Below, in pieces: positions 13,452 to 24,199 of a stretch of DNA of 64,000 nucleotides. A program made the translations under genes and the position numbers. The stretch is from the NCBI RefSeq assembly GCF_963921235.1, contig NC_086108.1, positions 68,202,001-68,266,000 of the forward strand. The letters run 5' to 3'. The DNA comes from Mobula hypostoma (taxonomy: Eukaryota). The notes below the pieces were generated by a model that saw nothing but the letters and a program-made list of their open reading frames with translations, was not told the DNA's origin and did not search any database. Every line of letters starts with the position of its first letter. Within the stretch, counting starts at the first letter, position 1.

Positions 13452-14382
13452 CTATGCATACCCATGACTGTATGGCTAGGCATAGCCCAAATACCAACTA
13501 TAAATTTGCTGATGATATAACCATTGTTGGTAGAATCTCAGATGGAGACGAGAGGGCGTACAGGAATGAGATATGCCAACTAGTGGAGTGGTGTCGCAGC
13601 AACAACCTGGTACTCAACAACAATAAGACGGAAGAGCTGATTGTAGACTTCAGGAAGGGTAAGACGAAGGAACAGATACCAATCCTCATAGAGGGATCAG
13701 AAGTGGAGAGAGTGAGCAGTTTCAAGTTCCTGGGTGTCAAGATCTCTAACCAGGTCCTAACATATTGATGCAGTTATAAAGAAGGCAAGATAGCGACTAT
13801 ACTTCATTAGAAGTTTGAAGACACTCAAAAACTTCTATGGATGTAACATGGAGAACATTCTGACAGGCTGCATCACTGTCTGGTATTGGGGGAGGGGGGA
13901 TGGTGCTACTGCACATGTTTGAAAGAAGCTGCAGAGGGTTGTGAATTTAGTTAGCTCCATCTTGGGTACTAGCCTACAAAGTACCCAGGACATCTCCAAG
14001 GAACGATGTCTCAGAAAGCCAATGTATATTATTAAGGACATCCAGCACCCAGGACATGCCCTTTTCTCACTGTTACCATCAGGAAGGAAGTACAGAAGCC
14101 TGAAGGCACACACTCAGCGATTCAGGAACAACTCCTTTCCCTCTGCCAACCGATTCCTAAATGGACATTGAACCCATGAACACTGCCTCACTTTTAAAAT
14201 ATATGTCATTTCTGTTTTTTGCACAATTTAAATCTATTCAATACACATTTACTGTAATTAATTTATTTATTATTATTTTTTCTTATTTTTCTTCTTCTAT
14301 ATTATGTATTCCATTGAAGTGCTATTGCTAAGTTAAATTTCAGGACACATGCTGGTGATAATAAAACTGATTCTGATTCTGA
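13452..14382 (+). mobile_element. Rex1/Babar-like LINE: RT C-terminal half and 3' tail
   Basis: YKFADDITIVGRIS..EWCRSNNLVLN..KTEELIVDFRK; HPGHALFSLLPSGRKYRS; tail ctgattctgattctga. Confidence 0.85.
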
Positions 14383-14669
14383 AGAGCTTGTAGCATTATA
14401 CTGTTTTTTTAACTTCTGTTGTAAATGCAACTTCTTATTTGTTAATTTATTTGTGATAATATTACTTTATGTCTTGTGTGTGTGAGAATTATATGTGTTA
14501 CACACCTTGGCTCAGAGGAATGTTGTTACATTTGGCGGTATACATGTGTACTGTTGAATGACAATAAACTGATGCTAAACCTTCTGTTCAGTGGCAAGAT
14601 CTCTGGCATTTTAGTTTAAAGTCACTCTTTCAAAAGTACAAGTATCCAATAATGGCAAAGTTATTCTGT

Positions 14670-15120
14670 ACATAGAATCACAGAGAAATACAGCCAGAAG
14701 CAGTCCCTTCAACCAACCATATTTATGCTAATCATTAAACAGCTAGCTATACTAATCCATTTACCAGCACTTGGGCCATAGTTTTCTAGGTGATTCTTAA
14801 ACTTTGTAGAGTCTTGGTCTTCACTCTCCCCAAAAGGTGTATTTCAGATTCCAACTCACACTCTAAGAGAAAAAAACCTCCAAAGCCCCTCACTTACTCC
14901 TCACCTTAAACTGAAGTTCTCTGGACTTAGACATCTTTGTCATGAGAAATGTTTCTTCCTTATCCCATCTACTTATAATTTTATATGTCTTTATCAGTAG
15001 ACTCCTCGGCCTTTTCTGCTCCAAGGAAAACAGCCCATCCGATCCACTCCCTACTCGTAACTGAAATATTCCATCCCAGACAACATCCTGACATATCTGT
15101 ACCCTTTCCAGTACAATCAG
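14670..15120 (-). mobile_element. Old degraded CR1 3' fragment
   Basis: ORF 14890..15183 resembles the CR1 C-terminus (LERVQ..GLFSLEQKR). Confidence 0.65.
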
Positions 15121-15149
15121 CTCCTGACAAAAATTAGCAGATTCTATTG

Positions 15150-16360
15150 AGCAAATAGTAAATAAGCTAGCAAACAATATCAAAGTGGATAGTAAAAGCT
15201 TTTAAAGTATGTCAAAAAATAAAAGAGAGATGAGGGTAGATATAAGACCATTAGAAAATCAGGCTGGAGAAATAATAACGGGGGACAAGGAGATGGCAAA
15301 TGAACTAAATGAGCATTTTTCATCAGTCTTCACTGTGGAAGACACTAGTGGTGAGACAGAGGTCGAAGGATGTGAGGGAAGAAAAGTGAATGAAGATACT
15401 ATTACAAGGGAGAAGGTGCTCAAAAAACGGAAAGACCTAAGGGTACATAAGTCACCCAAACCAGATGAACTGCACCCAAGGGTTCTGAAAGAGGTAGAAG
15501 GAGGGTTTGTGAAGCCATTAGCAATGATCTTTCAAAAATCATTGGACTCTGGCATAGTGCCAGAGGACTGGAAAATTGCAAATATCACTCCACTCTTTAA
15601 CAAAGGAGAAAGGCAGCAGAAAGGAAATTATACACCAGTTAGCCTGACCTCAGTGGTTGGGAAGATGTTGAAGTCAATTAAGGATGAGGTTATGGAGTAC
15701 TTGGTGACTCAGGACAATATAGGACAAAGTCAACATGGTTTCCTTAAGGGAACATCTTGCCTGACAAACCTGTTGGAATTCTCTGAGGAGATTTCAAATA
15801 GGATAGATAAAGGGGATGAAACTGATGTTGTATATTTGGGCTTTCAAAATGCTTTTGACAAGGTGTCATTCATGAGGCTGCTTACCAAGTTAAGAGCCCA
15901 TGGTATTACAGGAAAGTTACTGGCATGGTTAGAGCATTGGCTGACTGGTAGGAGGCAGCAAGTGGGAATAAAAGGACCCTTTTCTAGTTGGCTGCCAGTG
16001 AGTAGTGGTGTTCCACAGGAGTCAGTGTTGGGACCACTTCTTTTCATGCTATATATCAATGATTTAGATGATCGAATAAATGACTTTATGGCCAAGTTTG
16101 CAGATGATACAAAGATTGCTGGTGAGGCAGGTAGTGGTGAGGAAATAGGTAGGCTGAAGAAGGGCTTAGACAGATTTGGAGAAACGGCAAGAAAGTGGCA
16201 AATGAAATACAATATTGGAAAATGTGTGGTCATGCTTTTTTTAGAAGAAATAAATATGCGGACTATTTTCTAAATAGAGAGGAAATCCAAAAATCAGAGA
16301 TGCAAAGGGACTTGGGAGTCTTTGTCCAGAATACCCTAAAGGTTAACTTGCAGGTTAAGT
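15150..16360 (+). mobile_element. CR1 ORF2 RT fragment
   Basis: ORF 15209..16273 (354 aa) with QHGF, FQNAFDKV, GVPQESVLGP, KFADDTK; same subfamily as about 37200-39000 minus. Confidence 0.92.
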
Positions 16361-16477
16361 CAAGGGACAGTAAAGAATGGAGTCTTTAAAAAGTAAGACT
16401 TTGTGAGTTTTGTAAGCTTTCTTCCTTAAAGGGCATTGTGTCTGAGTTAACTTTTTGTGCACCAGTGTATAAACACA

Positions 16478-17270
16478 GTCATAGAGTTATACAGCACAGA
16501 AACAGGACCCTCTGTCCAACACATCCACGTTAACCAAGGTACCTTTTCTGAGTTAATCCTATTTGCCTGTGTTCTTCTAAAGGCTTAATCTCCATGTAGC
16601 TGCCTAAATGTTGTAATTGTCCCCACATTGACTACTTCCTCTCGTAGTTCATTCCATATACCCACCACTCTCTTTGTGTGAAACTTGCCCCTCAAGTACT
16701 CTTTAAGTCTTTGTTTTTCACCTTAAGGCAATATCCTCGTGTTAGATTCTCCTACCCTGAGAAAACGACTGTGACCATCCACCTTATCTGTGCCCCTCCT
16801 GACTTTATATCCTTCTTTAGTAGCCTTCTACGCTCTGGGATAGAACAGTCCTGCCTATCCAATCCCTCTTTATGACTCAAGCTGTTCAGTCCCCGTGACA
16901 TGGTTGTGAATCTTTTTCTGAGCACTCCCTAGCATAATGATTTCCTTCCCATAGCCAGGCAATCAGAATTGCACATAGCTTTCCAAGTGTGATCTCACCG
17001 ACAATTTGTACAGCTGTAGCATTGCCCCAGCTTTTGTACTCAATAACCTAACCAATGAAGGAAAGTTTGCCAAATGCTTTCACAACACTCTGTCTACCTG
17101 TATCATCACTTTCGGGGAACTATTTCCTTGTACCCCTAAGTGTCCCTGTTCTGCAACACTCTCTAGGGCCCTGCCACGTACAGTGGGAATCTTGCCAAGG
17201 TTTCAGCTCCCAAAGTGCATCACATCACACTTGGCTGAGTTGAATCCCTCAAACTCCTTTGTCCACTTGC
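16478..17270 (-). mobile_element. Old degraded CR1 3' fragment
   Basis: Reverse-complement similarity to CR1 RT C-terminus and 3' UTR. Confidence 0.65.
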
Positions 17271-17363
17271 AATATTATATGGAATTCTACTCACTGAGCA
17301 ATAGGAAGGATGCCATTAAGCTGGAAAAGGTACAGAAAACAATCACAAGGATACTGCTGGACT

Positions 17364-17591
17364 TGAAGCACCTTCAATAACTCCGAAAGACTGAAGTTGG
17401 GTAAAATACTGAAAGGTTTTTATTCGCTGTACAATACGACCTCCATGCTAAGTGTCTGCCCCTGGACTGAGGGGGAGGGGCACGGCGAAACACCTTTATT
17501 CCGGGCTCTGTGGGAGGAGCCACAGGGGCAGTCAGCAGAGGGGCGTGTCCAGACAGTTAACCCAGTTACAACATATATATGGTTTACCACA
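17364..17591 (-). repeat. 3' LTR (228 bp)
   Basis: Direct repeat of 21541-21759; about 14 substitutions and one 9 bp indel by manual comparison. Confidence 0.97.
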
Positions 17592-17609
17592 TTCACCCCT
17601 CCTTTTGTT
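17592..17609 (-). promoter_or_regulatory. Polypurine tract
   Basis: Minus strand AACAAAAGGAGGGGTGAA directly before the TG of the 3' LTR. Confidence 0.9.
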
Positions 17610-17660
17610 AAAAAGAGTCCTGCGGGGTGAAGTGAGTGACAATATTTAAAACAAGTATTT

Positions 17661-18790
17661 TTACAGGTCAAGTCTATCAGGCGGTTGAGTCCGTCGCTGT
17701 GACCTACGTAGCACCGGTGGTGATTGCATCGGTGACGGCGGTTGTGCTGGCTCCGGCCTGACTTGAGGTGCCGGCACGTTAGGTGTTGGTAATCCCGCGT
17801 GCGTGTGCGTCGTGCCTGGTATGGGAGTGTCGTGTGGTGTCTGTGTAGGGCTTGGAGTGCGCGGTGTCCCGTGGGTACATATATCGGTGGGTATGGGGTC
17901 AATAGTCACCACGGAGTGTTCAGGGTAGGGGCCCAATGCTCCTGCGGGCACCAGGTTGCGGATGGAGATCGTGTCCCCCCGCCCAGCAGGTAAAACCATA
18001 TAGGTATACTGGCGGTTCGCATGAAGTAAGTGAACCCTCTCGACGATCGGGGAGTATTTATTGCTCCTCGCATGTTTCCGGAGCAGCACTGGCCCCAGGG
18101 ATGTCAGCCAAGTTGGTAGGGTGGTCCGAGTGGTCAACTTTCTGGGAAAAGAAAAGAGCCGCTCATGAGGGGTGGCATTGGTGGCTGTGCATAACAGGGA
18201 GCGGATGGAGTGGAGTGCCTCGGGAAGGACCTCCTGCCAGTGGGAGACCGGCAGTCCCTTTGATCTGAGGGCTAAGAGTGTGGCTTTCCACACTGTGTCA
18301 TTCTCCTTCTCCACCTGTCCATTCCCCCGGGGATTATAGCTCATGGTCCTACTAGTTGCAATTCCCCTAGCCAGCAGGTATTGGCGCAGCTGGTCACTCA
18401 TAAACGAGGACCCTCTGTCACTGTGGATATAGCATGGGTATCCGAACAGAGTGAAGAGCTTGCGCAGGGCTTTTATAACTGACGTGGTAGTGGTGTCGGG
18501 GCAGGGGATGGCGAAGGGGAACCGCGAGTACTCATTGATAACGTTAAGAAAGTACACATTGCAGTCGGTGGAGGGAAGGGGGCCCTTAAAGTCAACACTC
18601 AGTCGCTCAAAGGGGCGGGTGGCCTTGATGAGTTGTGCCTTTTCGGGTCGGTAGAAGTGTGGTTTGCTCTCTGCGCAGACTTGGCAGTCCCTGGTCATCA
18701 TCCTGATCTCCTCAAGGGAGTAAGGCAGGTTCCAGGCTTTCACAAAGTGGAAAAGCCGGGTGACCCCCGGGTGGCAAAGATCTACATGTA
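17661..18790 (-). pseudogene. Gypsy integrase (HHCC, DDE, Pro-rich tail)
   Basis: CHPGVTRLFH..CQVC; SVDFKGP, HSDRGSSF, GQVEKEN; ends LRRSQRRTQPPDRLDL. Confidence 0.93.
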
Positions 18791-18800
18791 GGGCGTATAG

Positions 18801-20560
18801 TCAGTCAATCTGCGCGCTGGCGCACGTTCCCCGGGATAGGGCATCAGAGGGCTCGTTGAGCTTCCCAGGCCTGTACATCATGTCATAGTTGTAGGTGGAG
18901 AGTTCGATTCTCCACCTCAGAATTTTATCATTTTTGATTTTGCCCCGCTGTTGGTTATTAAACATGAATGCGACTGAGCGCTGGTCAGTTAGCAGGGTGA
19001 ACCTTTTGCCGGCGAGATAGTGCCTCCAGTGCCTAATAGCTTCCACTATGGTCTGGGCCTCTTTCTCCACCGCGGAGTGCCGAATTTCAGGGCCTTAAAG
19101 GGTACAGGAGAAGAACGCCACTGGTCTTCCTGCCTGGTTGAGGGTAGCAGCCTGTGCAAAGTCGGAGGCATCACTCTCTACTTGGAAGGGAATGGCCTCA
19201 TCCACCGCATGCATTGCTGCTTTGGCAATGTCCCCTTTTATGCGGCTGAAGGCCGCGCGGGCCTCGGCTGAGAGGGGGAATGTGGTGGACTCAACCAGGG
19301 GGCAGGCCTTGTCTGCGTAGTTAGAGACCCATTGGGCGTAATACGAAAAGAAGCCCAGGCACCTTTTGAGGGCTCTGAGGGTGTTGGGAAGAGGGAGTTC
19401 CAGCAGGGGGTTCATATGGTCGAGGTCAGGGCCAATGACTCCATTTTCCACAAGACACCCAAGGATAGCAAGTCAGGTGGTCCCGAATACACACTTGTCC
19501 TTGTTATAGGTGAGATTGAAAGCTTTGACTGCTTGGAGAAATTTTTGGAGGTTGTTGTTGTGATCCTGCCGGTGGTGACCGCAGATGGTGATGTTATCCA
19601 GATATGGGAACATGGCCTTCAGTTGGCACTGGTCCACCATCCGGTCCATTGCCCTCTGGAAGACAGATTCACCATTCGTGACACCGAAGGGGACGCACAG
19701 GAATTGATAAAGCCTGCCGTCCGCCTCGAAGGCAGTGTAAGGGCGGTTCTCCCGGCGGATGGGGAGCTGATGGTAAGTGGATTTTAGGTCTATGGTCGAG
19801 TACACCTTGTACTGTGCTATCTGATTGACCATATCCGCGATGTGGGGTAGAGGGTACGCGTCGAGCTGCGTGAACCTATTGATGGTCTGGCTATAGTCCA
19901 CGACCATCCTATTCTTCTCCCCGTTCCGAACAACGACCACCTGCTCCCTCCAAGGACTTGTGCTTGCCTCAATGACCCCCTCCCTGAGCAGCCGCTGCAC
20001 CTCCGACTTAATGAAAGCTCTGTCCCCCGCACTGTACCTCCTGCTTTTAGTTGCCACAGGTTTACAGTCGGGGGTCAGGTTGGCAAACAGCGGTGGGGGA
20101 GGGATCTTGAGGGTGGAGAGGCCGCAAGTGGCGTCGGTAGTGCGGCAGTTGGCATGGTGTTGGGTGGGATGTGCGGGTCAGTGTGTGTGTGTGTGGTCAG
20201 TAGCGGGGTATGTGACATATCTCTGCAAAACTGGGGATTTACGACAGTAATTGGCGGGAGGGGCCCATCATACTTCATTGTCACGCTTTTCAGGTGGCTC
20301 TGGAAGTTGAGCCCCAATAGCACAGGGGCACACAGTTGTTGCACCACTAGCGTCGCTACACAACCCCCCCCGGATGTCTGTTGTATGCAACCCGGAAGCC
20401 ATGGTGACCCTCTGACTTACCGGCCGTATTGCGAGTCCACAATGCTGCACCGTGTCCGGGTGGATAAAACTCTCCGTGCTGTTCGTGTCAAACAGGCAGC
20501 TTGTCCTGCGCCCCTCCACCAGCATGTCCATCATTGACCTTGCGAGCTGGTGGGGAGCGC
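18801..20560 (-). pseudogene. Gypsy protease, RT and RNase H, fragmented
   Basis: LFDTNSTESF (protease), RMVVDYS..DAYPLP..PFGVTN..YLDN (RT), VESDASD..EKEA..TDQRS (RNase H). Confidence 0.93.
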
Positions 20561-20779
20561 TTTGGTCGAGGGTCACTGAAGCCGGAGTTGAGTCGCTGTC
20601 TTGGTCCGGCGCGGTGGGGTGCCCCGTGAGCACCTGTTGGTTGTAGGCGCTGGGAGGTGGCGCCAACCAAGATGGTTGCCCCCATGTCTCGCACATGGTG
20701 GCGGCATGCAGGGAAGATGGCGGCAGGCAAGATGGCGACCCCCATATTTCACACGCACCGCTGCTCGATCCTGCTCGCG

Positions 20780-21514
20780 GTTTGGACTTACAGACCTTGA
20801 CGAAGTGGCCCTTCTTTCCACTGCTGGAGCACGTAGCTTGTCGGGCCGCGCAGTGTTTCCGGGGGTGCTTCTCGAGTCCGTAGAAGTAGCATTTCGCGGA
20901 CTCGCGACTGGCAGCAGCCATGGTCATTTCGCCGGCGGGTTGCAGGGTCTGCGGCGCCCACAAGGCCATCGGGGGATCGCGTGCCTGGAGAGCCTCAGAG
21001 TTATGAAGAGCGGTCTCCAGCGTATTGGCCAGCTCGATCGCCGAACGTAAGGTAAGATCGGCTTTTTCCAACAGCGACTGGCGCACATACACTGACCTGG
21101 TCCCCGTGACGAAGGCGTCTCTCACTAGGAGTTCTGCATGCTGCGCCGCCGTCAGCTCCCGGCAATTGCAGGCTCGCACGAGTGTCCATAGGGCCTGGAC
21201 GAACTCAGCACCTGATTCCCCGGGCGTTGTTGCCGTGTTACTAAGCGGTGCCGAGCATAGACGCTATTTATCGGCCGCAGGTATTGTCCTTTGAGTGCAC
21301 TCATCACGCCATCGTAGTTCGGCTGGTCTCTGATCAGCGAATAAACCCGTGGACTGACCCTGGAGAGTAGAACTCTGCGCTTCGCTATGGGGTCGGTCGC
21401 TTTAATCTCCTCTAGATACGCTTCGAAGCATCCCAGCCAGAGTTCGAAAGCGTTTCCAGCTTCAGGTGTTTGCGGATCGAGGTCTAACTTGTTGGGTCTC
21501 AGAGTGTGTTCCCT
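20780..21514 (-). pseudogene. Gypsy gag with two degenerate CCHC knuckles; presumed start codon reads AGG
   Basis: EHTLRPNKLDLDPQTPEAGNAFELWLGCFEAYL..; CYFYGLEKHPRKHC..CSSSGKKGHFVKVC. Confidence 0.85.
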
Positions 21515-21529
21515 GCTTTAAAATTTATG

Positions 21530-21540
21530 GCGAATAAAAT
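21530..21540 (-). promoter_or_regulatory. Non-tRNA primer-binding site, complementary to the element's own LTR
   Basis: Minus strand ATTTTATTCGC directly after the 5' LTR; no TGG; LTRs contain G(C/T)GAATAAAA. Confidence 0.7.
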
Positions 21541-21759
21541 TGAAGCACCTTCAATAACTCTAAAAGACTGAAGTTGGGTAAAATACTGAAAGGCTTTTAT
21601 TCACTGTACAATACGACCTCCATGCTGAGTGTCTGCCCCTGGACTGAGGGGCAGGGGCAAGGCGAAACACATTTATCCATGAATCTGTGGGAGGAGCCAC
21701 AGGGGCAGTCAGTAGAGGGGCGTGTCCAGACAGTTACAACATATATATGGTTTACCACA
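21541..21759 (-). repeat. 5' LTR (219 bp)
   Basis: Direct repeat of 17364-17591. Confidence 0.97.
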
Positions 21760-23309
21760 GGACTGGACAGCTTGAGTTGTAGTAAAAGATTGGATAAGTT
21801 GTGCTGTTTCTCCTGGAGTATAGGAAGATGTGAGCTGATTTTATAAAGGTTTATAAAATTATGAGGGGATAAATAATCGCAGGCCTAGTATAGGAGAGTC
21901 TAATATAGAGAGAAGAAGTTTAAGTTGAGAGTAGAAAGAGAATCTGAGGGGTATTTTTATTATACAGAGATTGATGGGTGTATAGAGCAAAATGCCAAAA
22001 GAAGTGGTCAAGGTAGGTACAGTTACAATATTTGGACAGGTACGTGGATAGGAAGGGTTTAGAGGGATCTGGGTCAAATGCAGACTAATGGGATTAGCTC
22101 AGAATTGTATTTTGGTTAGTTGGCATGACAAGATGGGTCAAAGTGGCTGTTCGTGCTGTACAAATCTGTGATGCTATGGCTATAAGAGGCTTCATTTGGT
22201 AAGGTTAATGTTGAAGTTCTTAAATTTAACCAATCCCAGTATAACCTAAGCAAACTTCTCCTTTTGTTACAGCCATTTTAACTTATTTTCTAAAGATTGC
22301 ATCACAAGTTACTTCACTGCCATATACTTTTTAAAAAATCTTTCTGAATAAGATTTGTTCAGTCGTCCCCTCCATAAATTAGGGTCAATCCACTTAGTGT
22401 AAAGTTTATTAAAACATTTTCTACATTAATTCAATATATACAAAGCACTTTTAGTTTCAAGAAGGACAGATAAGTGGAATAACTATAAATTGGAATGACT
22501 TTCTTCAGGTTCAACCTTTTACTGGATACTATAATTGCACAAAAAGAAACTTTAAATAAATGAGAGAATTAATAGATATGCAACTTAATTTAACAAATTG
22601 AAAATTGTTTCTTCTTGTATAAAAATGTACAATTCACCACTGACTGGCATATAATGTTAAATCATTTCAAAATTCAATAAAATTCAAAATTGCCATAAAC
22701 AGAATCAATGATCATAAAATTAATATCACCAAATGCAGAATTAAGATTCCTTAATAGTGTGAATATATTATACATTGCCTTTCTGTAACATGCTTGCAAA
22801 TTACATAACTGTAATGTCTTGAAATCATAAGCAGATTATCCTTTTTCATCCATTGAGATGGATCACCAGTATATGCAAGTTTTTTAATGTACATTCCTTA
22901 TGTGTCACCACAAATGAGTCACATTTATCTATATCTTTTGAATTTAACTCTTGAGGAAATATTATTAAGGAATTTCCATCTCTATATCTTTAGTTTGGTT
23001 TAATATAGTTTGCTATAATCTTTAAATTGTCACAAACTAAACCACCAAAGAGCAGGTTAATATCACTGGATATCGGGAAGCTAATGAGTCATCAATTAAA
23101 TATTCACATGATTCACTTCAGACCTTGCACAACTTCAAGATACAAGCTGAGAAGTACAATTATTGCTCGTGCTCTGTTCCTGATAGCAAACTCAGAAATT
23201 TCAGCACAAAGAAACTTCTTAGCAAATTAATAGATGTCACAGTCAAACCTAATATTTAATTGCCCTTGAGAATGTAACTAACACAGCAATATTGTACAAT
23301 ATATCAAAC

Positions 23310-24135
23310 TTCAAAATTCAAAGTAAATTTATAATCAAATTACGTAAATGTATTACCCTGAGATCCATTTTCTTGCAGGCATTTACAGGGAAAAAGAAAT
23401 AAAATTGGATTTTACGCATATCTATACATACGTAAAAACTGAAAACAATCAATAGAAGAAAACACTGTGCAAATAAAAATAATACTGGGAAAATGCATTG
23501 TAAAAAGTTCTTGAAAGTGAGTCTGTAGGTCGTAGAATCAGTGGATGAAGTTATCCATGCCAGTTTACGAGCCTGATGGTTGTAGGGTAATAACAGCTCC
23601 TGAACCTGCTGGTGTGGGACCCTTGGCTTTTATACCTCCTGACCAATGGCAGTAGAGAAAAGGGGGCATGACCTAAATGCTGGAGGACTCTAACGATTGA
23701 TGCTGCTTTCTTGTGGCAGAGCTCCAAGTAAATTTACTCAGTGGTGGGGAGAGTTTTGCCTTTGAAAGACTGAGCCTAATCCACCATGTTCTACAGCCTT
23801 TTCTGTTCCTGGGCATTGTGCTTCCATACCAGTCATGATGCAAACAGTTAGGATACTCTCCACTATAGAAGTTACCCGAAGTTTTTGATAGCATGCCATA
23901 TCTACACAAACTTCCAAGAAAGTAAAAGTGCTGTCGTGACTTCTTTGTGATAATACTTATGTGTTGGTCCTCTGATATGTTAATGCCAAAGAATATAAAT
24001 CTACTAACCCCCTTCTCCTCCATTCCCCAAAGGAAGTCTGGCTCATGGACCTCTGATTTCTTCCTCTTGCAGTCAATAATCAACTCTTTGACTTTGCTGA
24101 CATTGCATGAGAGGTTATTATTGTGCACCATTCAA
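23310..24135 (-). mobile_element. Rex1/Babar-like LINE 3' part, degraded
   Basis: ORF 23673..24131 (NNLSCNVSKVKELIID). Confidence 0.75.
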
Positions 24136-24199
24136 TGTCCTCCTATATACCATGAGACTATCAGGCAAATAGAAACCTGAAGTTGATCTTTTTGCTGAA

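Larger units (their letters stand above)
17364..21759 (-). mobile_element. Complete Gypsy/Ty3 LTR retrotransposon, decayed by stops and frameshifts
   Basis: Two TG..CA LTRs, GGACT TSD at 17359-17363 and 21760-21764, gag-PR-RT-RH-IN order, polypurine tract. Confidence 0.97.
17275..22180 (+). mobile_element. Old CR1 3' fragment split by the Gypsy insertion (17275-17363 and 21760-22180)
   Basis: RKDAIKLEKVQKTITRILL|GLDSLSCSKRLDKL is continuous CR1-like coding across the insertion. Confidence 0.8.

Noticed and set aside
17420..17902. 160 aa ORF after integrase as an env or accessory gene
   Set aside because: Overlaps the integrase tail and LTR in another frame; no signal peptide or transmembrane segment evident
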